This document shows positions 51,310 through 59,229 of a DNA stretch of 64,000 nucleotides, one piece after another (the stretch's first letter is position 1; every line of letters begins with the position of its first letter). Position numbers and translations under genes: made by a program. The DNA is taken from positions 9,512-73,511 of the forward strand of contig CAZJFL010000004.1 of assembly GCA_964545575.1 (NCBI GenBank). Direction: 5' to 3'. The notes beneath the pieces were generated by a model. It did no database searches and had not been told where the DNA came from. It worked only from the letters and a program-made list of their open reading frames with translations. Source of the stretch: an uncultured Planctomycetales bacterium (GTDB taxonomy: Bacteria > Omnitrophota > Gorgyraeia > Gygaellales > Profunditerraquicolaceae).

Positions 51310-52401
51310 TTAATTCCTGACAAATTGCTTTCCGGGAAGCTGCCGGATTAATTTCTTTATCTGTAATGCTAAAAGCATACTGGAAATCGCGGGAATGTCA
51401 AGGTGTGTCTTTTCTATAATCTCATCTAAATCGACCGGACCGGAGGCTATCGCCTCATATAAAATTGCTTCCTGATTGGCTAATCCGGCGCTAAACGTCT
51501 GCGGGGCTGACTCCTCCTGCACGCATCCCTGCGGGTTAAAATTAAATTCCTCTATAATATCATCCGCGCAGGAAACTAACTTTGCCCCTTGCTTGATTAA
51601 TTCATTAGGCCCAAAAGAAGTGCCGGAATCTACCTTGCCGGGCAGAGCAAAAACTTCCCGGCCCTGTTCCAAGGCAAAATCCGCGGTGATTAAAGCGCCG
51701 CTGTTTCTAGCCGCTTCTACAACGAGCGTGCCTAAACTTAACCCGCTGATTAAGCGATTACGGCGGGGGAAATTATGCTTTAGCGGCTCGGCATTCATGG
51801 GGAACTCCGAAATCACCGCGCCGTTTCCTGAAATTTCCTCTACTAGTTTTTTATTTTCCTCAGGATAGATATGCTTAAAACCGCTGCCCATTACGGCAAT
51901 GGTGCGGCCTCCCTGCTTTAGCGCGCCTTTGTGGGCATAGGTGTCTATGCCGCGCGCCATACCCGAGACAATAGTAAAGCCTCTGGCGGATAACTCCGCG
52001 GCAAATTTCTCAGCCGAAGAAAGGCCATAATATGAGGCGCGGCGGGAGCCGACAATGGCAATACTCAAAGTGTCTATGGCTTTCAATTCCCCTTTTACAT
52101 AGAGCACAATCGGCGGGTCGAAAATATTTTTTAAATTAGAGGGGTAATCGCTATCATCCGGCGTAATAATTTTTAGCTTAAGTTTAGCGGCTGCCACGAG
52201 TTCGTTATCGATATCTTTCTCGCCTATAGACTTTATACCGCTGGAGATATTTCCTCCGATGCCGTAGACCATAGACAATCTTTCCTGCGGAGCGTTTAAA
52301 ATATTCTCCGGCGTGCCGAAATATTCCAATAATTTATTCAGCCTGATCGTGCCGATATCATAAGTCAAGTTCAGGCCGATCAACGCTTGGAGTCTGGTCA
52401 T
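51310..52401 (-). CDS. dprA: DNA-processing protein DprA
   Basis: IVGSR, SGMARGID, FPRRNR.ISGLS, SGALITA. Confidence 0.95.
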   Translation of the reverse strand: MTRLQALIGLNLTYDIGTIRLNKLLEYFGTPENILNAPQERLSMVYGIGGNISSGIKSIGEKDIDNELVAAAKLKLKIITPDDSDYPSNLKNIFDPPIVLYVKGELKAIDTLSIAIVGSRRASYYGLSSAEKFAAELSARGFTIVSGMARGIDTYAHKGALKQGGRTIAVMGSGFKHIYPEENKKLVEEISGNGAVISEFPMNAEPLKHNFPRRNRLISGLSLGTLVVEAARNSGALITADFALEQGREVFALPGKVDSGTSFGPNELIKQGAKLVSCADDIIEEFNFNPQGCVQEESAPQTFSAGLANQEAILYEAIASGPVDLDEIIEKTHLDIPAISSMLLALQIKKLIRQLPGKQFVRN

Positions 52402-52907
52402 TTCTTTTGGGTTATTAGTTTAGCGATCTTAGCTACTACTTCCTTCACGGTAATTCTGGAGGTATCGATAACCTTATCGGCTTGGGCATAATAAGGGGCG
52501 CGCAATTTTAATAACAACTTTATCTGTTTTTTTGGATTAGGCACGTTTAAGAGCGGGCGATACCCGAACTTAAAAGTTCTTTTCCAGATTATGTCGGGCC
52601 TGGCGGTTAGACAAATCATCTTCCCGCTTGCTTTCATAGTTTTGACGTTATCCGGATCAACCACAATCCCACCGCCGCAAGCCACCACAAAATTTTTCTC
52701 TTTAGCTACCTCTTTTAAAAGGCGCCTTTCTATTTTGCGAAAATAGGGTTCCCCTTCTTTGGCAAATATCTCGGTGATGAGGCGCTTTTCTTTTAACTCG
52801 ATCAATTCGTCTAAATCCAGGAAACGCCATTTTTTCTTTTTAGCCAGTTCCCGGCCGACCGCGGTCTTGCCCGTACCCATGAATCCCACTAAATAAATAT
52901 TATTCAT
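52398..52907 (-). CDS. aroK: Shikimate kinase
   Basis: GFMGTGKT, GE.YFR, GGG, RPLL; start placed at MNNIY. Confidence 0.93.
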   Translation of the reverse strand: MNNIYLVGFMGTGKTAVGRELAKKKKWRFLDLDELIELKEKRLITEIFAKEGEPYFRKIERRLLKEVAKEKNFVVACGGGIVVDPDNVKTMKASGKMICLTARPDIIWKRTFKFGYRPLLNVPNPKKQIKLLLKLRAPYYAQADKVIDTSRITVKEVVAKIAKLITQKK

Positions 52908-52911
52908 CTTT

Positions 52912-52997
52912 AGGGACACCCTTTCTGCCAAAGCTAAGGGTGTCCCCCTTAACTTTGACACAGAGACACCCTCCCGATTAGCAGAAAGGGTGTCCCT
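52912..52997. repeat. Inverted doublet of GACACCC/GGGTGTC hairpins (REP-like)
   Basis: Hairpins 52913-52946 and 52965-52996; outer 17-bp perfect inverted repeat 52912-52928/52981-52997. Confidence 0.85.
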
Positions 52998-53005
52998 GTT
53001 ATTAA

Positions 53006-53260
53006 TTACTCTTCGTATGCGGTCAAAACCAGATCATTGAGGCTCGCCCGTGCTTCTTTGGTCACCGGATAAAAAGAGTTATACCATTTACCGTCTTTGG
53101 ATTTCTCCTGCGGCATGGCCAGAAATAACCCCTTTTGCCCCTTTACGATACGCAGGCCTTTGACGATGTAATCGCCGATAGAAACATCCACAAAAGCCTT
53201 GGTTTTGGAGTCGCCGTCAAAGCGATGCAGCCGTACTACTTTTAAGCCCTCTTCTGCCAT
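53006..53260 (-). CDS. spoVG: SpoVG family nucleic-acid-binding protein
   Basis: KAFVDV, VKGLRIV.G..GLFLAMP, Y..F.P. Confidence 0.88.
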   Translation of the reverse strand: MAEEGLKVVRLHRFDGDSKTKAFVDVSIGDYIVKGLRIVKGQKGLFLAMPQEKSKDGKWYNSFYPVTKEARASLNDLVLTAYEE

Positions 53261-53283
53261 CTCAATCACCCCCTTCTATAATC

Positions 53284-53357
53284 TCCCGCCTTTGGCGGGA
53301 TAAGTTCGGACATATGATTTACGTTCGCTAGCGCTCCGTAAATCATGCCCTCACTTA
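53284..53357. repeat. Hairpin tcccgcc-ttt-ggcggga plus a 57-bp element homologous to 15543-15618
   Basis: taagttc...ttacgttc...tccgtaa...tcactta shared by both; stem atgatttacg/cgtaaatcat. Confidence 0.8.
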
Positions 53358-53382
53358 TAATAGACGAAGGGGGCGACGTTTT

Positions 53383-54423
53383 CTAACTGATTCTTTTCAG
53401 GTAATTCTTATACGCTTCCTTTATATCTTTCAGCGAATCCGAGCCGAATTTCTCTAACAATGCACCGGCTAAGACATAAGCGCAGGCGCCTTCCGCTACT
53501 ACGCCGGCGGCCTGCACCACGCAGATATCCGACCGCTCGGTGCTGGCTCTGGCGGCTTTCTTAGTGGAGATATTTACGGAAACAAGCGGCTCCATCAGGG
53601 TACAAATCGGCTTCATACAGGCGCGTAAAATTATCTCTTGGCCGTTAGAAATACCTCCCTCTATCCCGCCGGCATTATTGGTCTTGCGAAAATACCCCTT
53701 GCCTTTTTTATAGTAAATCGCATCGTGCGCTTCCGAGCCAAAGACACCGGCATAACCAAAGCCTAAACCGATTTCTACTGCCTTGATGCCGGGGATAGAC
53801 ATTATCTCTCCTGCCAGGCGGCTATCCAGGCGCCGGTCAGGCTGGACATAGCTACCCAGGCCAACCAATACGCCCTGGGCCTTAACTTCAAAAATCCCTC
53901 CCACCGTATCTTTAGCTGCGATAGCCTGGGTGATTTTCTCGCGCATCCCCCAGGAAGAAGCCTCGCCCCCGATAGATAATACTCTGCTGGTAATCCTGAT
54001 TTTAAACTCATAGAGCAGCATTTTGCAGATTGCGCCAATACCGACGGTGGCGGCCGTACTTCTGGCGGAAGCGCGCTCCAGCACTTCCCGCGCATCGCTA
54101 AAACCATATTTCAATAATCCCGCCAAATCCGCATGCCCCGGCCGGGGACAGACTACTTGCTTTAAATTCTGGAGGCTGGAATCTTTATTTTCTATCAGCA
54201 GCGCCAGAGGGCTGCCTAAAGTGATATTGTTCTTCAGGCCAGAAATAATCTGGGCACTGTCTTTCTCAATCTGCATGCGCTTGCCGCGGCCAAAGCCCGC
54301 TTGCCGGCGTTTTAATTCTTCATTGATGCGGTTAGTATCCACCTTCAGGCCTGCCGGCATGCCTTCTAATATAGCGACCAAACCCTCACCGTGCGATTCT
54401 CCTGCGGTTAAGTATCTAAGCAT
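53383..54423 (-). CDS. aroC: Chorismate synthase
   Basis: TAGESHG, RPGHAD, ERASAR, NNAGGIEGG, MKPI.T, RSD. Confidence 0.96.
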   Translation of the reverse strand: MLRYLTAGESHGEGLVAILEGMPAGLKVDTNRINEELKRRQAGFGRGKRMQIEKDSAQIISGLKNNITLGSPLALLIENKDSSLQNLKQVVCPRPGHADLAGLLKYGFSDAREVLERASARSTAATVGIGAICKMLLYEFKIRITSRVLSIGGEASSWGMREKITQAIAAKDTVGGIFEVKAQGVLVGLGSYVQPDRRLDSRLAGEIMSIPGIKAVEIGLGFGYAGVFGSEAHDAIYYKKGKGYFRKTNNAGGIEGGISNGQEIILRACMKPICTLMEPLVSVNISTKKAARASTERSDICVVQAAGVVAEGACAYVLAGALLEKFGSDSLKDIKEAYKNYLKRIS

Positions 54424-54435
54424 CGCTACCTCCTG

Positions 54436-54996
54436 TTATTTCCACAGGCCGCGCTTATTGGCGCGGGCCTCCTGGTATAACTTTAAAAATAAATCCGCGT
54501 ATTTTACGTTAGGCGGAAAAGTCATTAAAGAGGCGTAACCTGCCTTGACTATTTCGGCGTTCACGAAGGTCTGCTGCTTATCTTTTAAGAAGACATAGGC
54601 CAGCAGCCTGCCGTACCTGTCGTGCCTCTCTACGTCAAACTCTAAGCTTACGCGCTTTCCTTCCACCAGGTCTCTGGTGAACAGATAAGAACGTTTTCCC
54701 AATTCCTGGATGGTGCGTTTATTCTCTCCGGATCTCTGGCTATCCCTGTCCAATTTATCCGATTCGTGCATCTCCGGCGTATCTATTCCGATTAACCGCA
54801 CCCTCTCCCCGTTTTCCAGTACTAAAGTATCGCCGTCAACCGCTCTTTTGACCAGAATATTGGTGTAATCATAGTTTTTGCCGAACGGTATGGTAAAGGT
54901 ATAGTTAGAATAATGGATATTTGTCGGCTCTTCGGCGTAAAGATAGAGCCCGGCGGTAAGCAGTAATCCCATAAAGACAAAAATTACTTTTTTCAT
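54436..54996 (-). CDS. Thermonuclease (SNase-like), exported
   Basis: DGDT, RLIGIDTPE, DRYGRLLAYV, GLW. Confidence 0.92.
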   Translation of the reverse strand: MKKVIFVFMGLLLTAGLYLYAEEPTNIHYSNYTFTIPFGKNYDYTNILVKRAVDGDTLVLENGERVRLIGIDTPEMHESDKLDRDSQRSGENKRTIQELGKRSYLFTRDLVEGKRVSLEFDVERHDRYGRLLAYVFLKDKQQTFVNAEIVKAGYASLMTFPPNVKYADLFLKLYQEARANKRGLWK

Positions 54997-55070
54997 ATTA
55001 CCCCCCATTTTTATCTGTTATGAGGTTTAAAACCTCGCCCTCATAACTATCACTATAATACTATTTTTAT

Positions 55071-55099
55071 TAGATAAATCAATGATTTTAGATTATAAT
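55071..55099 (+). promoter_or_regulatory. Putative sigma70 promoter of the helicase gene
   Basis: TAGATA-17 nt-TATAAT in the divergent intergenic region. Confidence 0.55.
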
Positions 55100-55108
55100 A
55101 ATAAAAGC

Positions 55109-55223
55109 CGTAACTCGTACGCTCGTAACTAGTAACTCGTAATCCAGGTCCCAAAAAAACATTTCTGCCGTAAGGCTTTAAAAATTACTAGTTACGAGTT
55201 ACTAAATTACTAGTTACTAAATT
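55109..55223. repeat. Inverted heptamer arrays (GTAACTM)n / (KAGTTAC)n upstream of the helicase ATG
   Basis: ctcgtaactagtaa pairs with ttactagttacgag; tagtaactcgtaa pairs with ttacgagttacta. Confidence 0.85.
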
Positions 55224-57101
55224 ATGCTTTACGACCGTTTTCAGCAGGAGGCAATCGAACATATCAATAACGGCCATTCCGTAATCGTCTCCGCCCCTAC
55301 CGGAGCCGGCAAGACCGCGATTGCCGAACACATTATCAATGAGTGCATCCAGCGTAACGTCGGAGTAATCTACACCGCCCCCATTAAAGCCCTCTCTAAC
55401 CAGAAGTTCCGCGATTTCCAGGTTAATTTTAAGGATAAAATCGGAATATTGACCGGAGATGTCTCGATAAACCCGGAGGCGCCGGTCCTGATCATGACTA
55501 CCGAAATATTCCGTAACAAGATTCTGGATGAACCCGGAAGCCTCCAAAGATACTCCTGGGTCATCTATGATGAAATCCATTATATCGATAACGAAGAGCG
55601 CGGCACGGTCTGGGAAGAATCCCTGATCTTTTTACCGCCGCATATGAAGCTCCTGGCGCTTTCCGCCACAATCCCCAATATCAAAGAGTTCGCCCAGTGG
55701 CTGGAGTCGGTGCATAAAAAACCGGTGCAGGTGGTGCTTGAAGAGAAGCGGCCGGTACCACTGCACTTCTTCTTCCACTGCCAGAATGAAATCCTAGATA
55801 AGTTCGAGCAGCTTAAAAAAATGCATTACGGCCGGCCTAATAAATTACACGCCCTCATAAATTACATCCGCCAGAACGAAGGCCTTCCCTGCATCTATTT
55901 TGTCTTCGGCAGAAGGCGTGCTGAAGATTTGGCCTTTGAGCTCTACGGTTATAATTTCCTGAATGACCAAGAAAAGGCCCAAATCGCCGAGCTTTACAAT
56001 TCCCTCTGCGAGCGCTTTGACCTGGCCCACGAAAAATCCGCCGCGCATATTTATCCGCTAATTCAGCGGGGGATTGCTTATCATCACGCCGGGATGCTGC
56101 CCACCTTAAAAGAAGTGATCGAGCGGCTTTTTACCAGCCGGCTGCTGAAAGTAATATTTACCACCGAGACTTTTGCGCTGGGGATAAATATGCCCAGCCG
56201 TTCGGTTATTTTTGACGAATTGCGCAAGTTTTACGGCCGCTATGTGCGCAACTTAAAAGTGCGCGATTTTTACCAGATGGCCGGCCGCGCCGGCAGGCGC
56301 GGTATCGATAAGGAAGGCTTCATCTATTGCCGGGTCAACCTGCAGAGAATAAGACCTGAAGAAGTAAAACAGGTGCTCTACGGAAAACCCGAAGAAGTCC
56401 GGAGCCAGCTGAATACTTCCTATGCTACCATACTTAACCTTTATGAAAAATACAAGGAGGGCCTTTTTAAAATCTACCCCCTCTCCCTGCACTATTTTCA
56501 ATCCCGTAAAAACGAACAAAAAGAAGCCTTAAAGCTGATTGAGAGCAAGCTTAAACTCTTAAAAGACACAGGTTTCATCGAATCCGGATCACTCACCCGC
56601 AAAGGGCAGTTCGCCAAAAGCGTCTATGGCTACGAATTAATTCTCTCGGAATTATATACCCGGGGCGTCCTGGAACAGGTAGATGAGTTTGGTTTAGGGG
56701 TTATTGCGGCGGCAGTGGTCTTTGAACCGCGCAAACACCAGAAGATTTTGCGACTCTCTAAGCCGGCAGATAAAATCAGGAGCCTAACTGACGAGCTTTA
56801 CGAAGAAATAAAAAAGCGCGAGATAAAATACCGCATTTATCCGATCAGCAAAAAACCCTATTTTCATTTAAGCGCCTGCATGGAGGCGTGGCTGCGCGGG
56901 ACCAACTTTGATAAAATCCTGCAATGCACCGATACCGACGAAGGAGAAGTAATAAGGTATTTCCGGATGAGTATTCAGATTTTAAGGGAGATTAACAAGG
57001 CCAAGGTCGCTTCTTATATCTTAAAGGAAAGGCTCGGAGAAACCATCCGGGTGATCAAGCGCGATATCGTAGACGCCGAGAAACAACTGCGCGAAGGCTA
57101 A
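55224..57101 (+). CDS. Ski2/HelY-like DEAD/DEAH-box RNA helicase
   Basis: APTGAGKT, PIKALSNQK, DEIH, LSAT, HHAG, QMAGRAGRRG, C-terminal DEG...R; only plus-strand gene. Confidence 0.93.
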   Translation: MLYDRFQQEAIEHINNGHSVIVSAPTGAGKTAIAEHIINECIQRNVGVIYTAPIKALSNQKFRDFQVNFKDKIGILTGDVSINPEAPVLIMTTEIFRNKILDEPGSLQRYSWVIYDEIHYIDNEERGTVWEESLIFLPPHMKLLALSATIPNIKEFAQWLESVHKKPVQVVLEEKRPVPLHFFFHCQNEILDKFEQLKKMHYGRPNKLHALINYIRQNEGLPCIYFVFGRRRAEDLAFELYGYNFLNDQEKAQIAELYNSLCERFDLAHEKSAAHIYPLIQRGIAYHHAGMLPTLKEVIERLFTSRLLKVIFTTETFALGINMPSRSVIFDELRKFYGRYVRNLKVRDFYQMAGRAGRRGIDKEGFIYCRVNLQRIRPEEVKQVLYGKPEEVRSQLNTSYATILNLYEKYKEGLFKIYPLSLHYFQSRKNEQKEALKLIESKLKLLKDTGFIESGSLTRKGQFAKSVYGYELILSELYTRGVLEQVDEFGLGVIAAAVVFEPRKHQKILRLSKPADKIRSLTDELYEEIKKREIKYRIYPISKKPYFHLSACMEAWLRGTNFDKILQCTDTDEGEVIRYFRMSIQILREINKAKVASYILKERLGETIRVIKRDIVDAEKQLREG

Positions 57102-57514
57102 AACTCCAGCCTATCCCCCACCTTAATTACGTTCTGCTTAACAAAACCCGAACTTACCTCTAATACATATTTGGCTTCTGCCGCAGGCGTGATATTCTCG
57201 CAGGTTTGCCGGCAGGGCGGGATATTTTCTTTTATCTCTACTATTCTTTTTTCCGCGTCGATCCAGATCATATCCAGGGGAAAACGCATATTTTTCATCC
57301 AGAAGACATGTATTTCTTCTTCCTCGAATATAAAAAGCATTCCTTGCTTTTCGCTTAAGCTATCCTTAAACATTAAACCGCGCTCTCTGGCGGCCGGAGT
57401 TTCGGCGATTTCCGCCTTGAGGCAGACATTCTTAATACAAATTTTCTGGTGATTCTGTGCGTAAGCTTTAGGAAGAAATAAAAATAAAAAAATAAAAGTA
57501 AATATCCGCGGCAT
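57098..57514 (-). CDS. DUF192 family exported protein
   Basis: RGLMF, GMLFIF, FWMKNM.FPLD, YVLE. Confidence 0.9.
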   Translation of the reverse strand: MPRIFTFIFLFLFLPKAYAQNHQKICIKNVCLKAEIAETPAARERGLMFKDSLSEKQGMLFIFEEEEIHVFWMKNMRFPLDMIWIDAEKRIVEIKENIPPCRQTCENITPAAEAKYVLEVSSGFVKQNVIKVGDRLEF

Positions 57515-58503
57515 TAAAATGGGGAACGCCCTGCCTTAAATTTTAGGTAATCCTGAATGATCTTTTTATGGTCAAAGGCAAAATCTAACTTCAAAACCTC
57601 GCTTAATTTTACTATTCTTATTGCCTTGGCATCATCGCCTGCTTTGGGCTTACCTTCTGCCCTTACCAGAAAAACCGTGTCGATAGTGTGAAATCGCGGG
57701 TCGCGCTGGGGGTCAGAATAGGTATGAAACTGTTTTACTTCTACAGCGTCCAAATTTGTCTCTTCTTTTACCTCCCTAATTACCGCCTCCTCTAAACTCT
57801 CGCCGTAATCCAGGAAGCCGCCGGGCAGGGCAAAGCCAAAAGGCGGGTTGCTGCGCTCGATCACCACAATCCCATCATCCCCGCCTGCCGGCGAGACGGG
57901 AATCTCAATGATAGCATCTGCCGTCATAAAAGGCCCCTGCTGTAATTTCCGGGTAACATAATCAAGATAGCTTATCACTCCTTTATTAAAGACGTCATAA
58001 GCCTCTAAATCGTACAGGCAGAAGATTATCTCTTTTAAGCTGGTCTTATTTTCACGCAGGTGCTTTAACACTTCCTGGGCCATGATTTTGGCGGATGCCA
58101 ACAGAGGAAATCCGCCTACGCCGCAGCCTAAGGCCGGAAAAGCGATTGATTCTATCTTTAATTCTTCGGCGACTTCCAAAGCGCTCTTACAGGAATTCCT
58201 GATTTTGATTTCATCAGTTTCGAAAATCCCTGCCTGCCGGCAGGCAGGCATCCCCATAGTCGCGGCATGGATTACATATTTAGCCGGTAAGCTCCCGGCA
58301 GAAGTAAATACCGCCTCGCCTATTTTTATGGGGCCTTTTTTTAGCGCTTCCTCCTCTATTGATTGGCCGCCCTTTTTCCTGATCGCGCCGGCAACCCCGC
58401 CGCCCATGGCTAACTTATTATTGGCGGCATTGACAATAGCCTCAACTTTTAATTCCGTAATATCGCCTTGGCAGATTTTAATTTCGGTCTCTTTAATCAG
58501 CAT
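57514..58503 (-). CDS. Macro domain - Nudix hydrolase fusion
   Basis: GDIT, IVNAAN, GGGVAGAI, SIAFPALG.G; then GGF..YGES.EEA..REVKEET Nudix box. Confidence 0.93.
   Translation of the reverse strand: MLIKETEIKICQGDITELKVEAIVNAANNKLAMGGGVAGAIRKKGGQSIEEEALKKGPIKIGEAVFTSAGSLPAKYVIHAATMGMPACRQAGIFETDEIKIRNSCKSALEVAEELKIESIAFPALGCGVGGFPLLASAKIMAQEVLKHLRENKTSLKEIIFCLYDLEAYDVFNKGVISYLDYVTRKLQQGPFMTADAIIEIPVSPAGGDDGIVVIERSNPPFGFALPGGFLDYGESLEEAVIREVKEETNLDAVEVKQFHTYSDPQRDPRFHTIDTVFLVRAEGKPKAGDDAKAIRIVKLSEVLKLDFAFDHKKIIQDYLKFKAGRSPF
57880..57900. repeat. 21-bp variant palindrome in frame in the Nudix domain (PVSPAGG)
   Basis: Minus strand cccgtctcgccggcaggcggg, exactly 7 codons between IEI and DDG. 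Confidence 0.75.
58229..58248. repeat. 20-bp palindrome inside the macro domain (MGM-PACRQAG-IF)
   Basis: Exact copy; followed by CAT on + strand. Confidence 0.97.
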
Positions 58504-59016
58504 TTATAGATTTTTATAAATCCCCTGGTAGCCCTGCGCGGTTTCGTTAATTTTGGTAAAGACCAATTGCGCGACCCGGGCATTCTGCTTAATTTTTATT
58601 CCTTTGGGGTTCTGGATGACTAACACAAACTCGCTTCTTCCTTTAAATCCGGCATCCCAAACGCCGTGCTGGGTAAAAGCGCCCATTCTTAAAAGAGAGG
58701 TACGGCTAAAAGCCATAGCGATTAGATCATTCGGCAAGTTAACCGTTTCGTTGGTCTTTATTTTATAGACGCCTTTTTTCAACTGCCACCAGCCGAATTT
58801 ATCAACCGGTTTTATTTTACGCGGACGGATTTCTCTATCCGGCGGAATTACTCTTTCTTTATTGGAGAAATCCAAAGCCCCGGCGCCCTTAAATTCGTAA
58901 ATACCGGCTACGGTTAAATCAAAGCCGTTAGGCGTAACCTGGGTCTCCAAATCAATATAACCCTGAATCAGTCTTTTCTCTTTGATCAGACGGTTGATTT
59001 CTTCGCGGTTAAGCAT
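58504..59016 (-). CDS. Trimeric dUTPase / dCTP deaminase family protein
   Basis: PNGFDL, RTSLLR, WDAGF.G, RVAQL, YQGIY. Confidence 0.85.
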   Translation of the reverse strand: MLNREEINRLIKEKRLIQGYIDLETQVTPNGFDLTVAGIYEFKGAGALDFSNKERVIPPDREIRPRKIKPVDKFGWWQLKKGVYKIKTNETVNLPNDLIAMAFSRTSLLRMGAFTQHGVWDAGFKGRSEFVLVIQNPKGIKIKQNARVAQLVFTKINETAQGYQGIYKNL

Positions 59017-59019
59017 ATT

Positions 59020-59214
59020 TTAAGCCTTAAGCTTTTTCCAGACAAAAATGATGAACTTACCCAATAGCCAGATGGAGAATATCACAAAGAAAAACATTAA
59101 CAACACCTTTAGGACTAAACCTAATACCACCAATAGTGGAAAAAGCAGGAGCCCTAAAACCCCCAATATTGCCACCGCCAAAATAAATAACAAACCTATC
59201 AAAAATGCTTTCAT
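59020..59214 (-). CDS. Small hydrophobic membrane protein
   Basis: 64 aa, two hydrophobic helices; AGGAG upstream; fills the operon gap. Confidence 0.7.
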   Translation of the reverse strand: MKAFLIGLLFILAVAILGVLGLLLFPLLVVLGLVLKVLLMFFFVIFSIWLLGKFIIFVWKKLKA

Positions 59215-59229
59215 CTTTCTCCTTTCTTA

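Noticed and set aside
33451-58248. Palindromes as self-splicing or excised introns
   Set aside because: Host ORFs are open with the element retained, and removing the 20-mer at 58229 or 39388 would break the frame.
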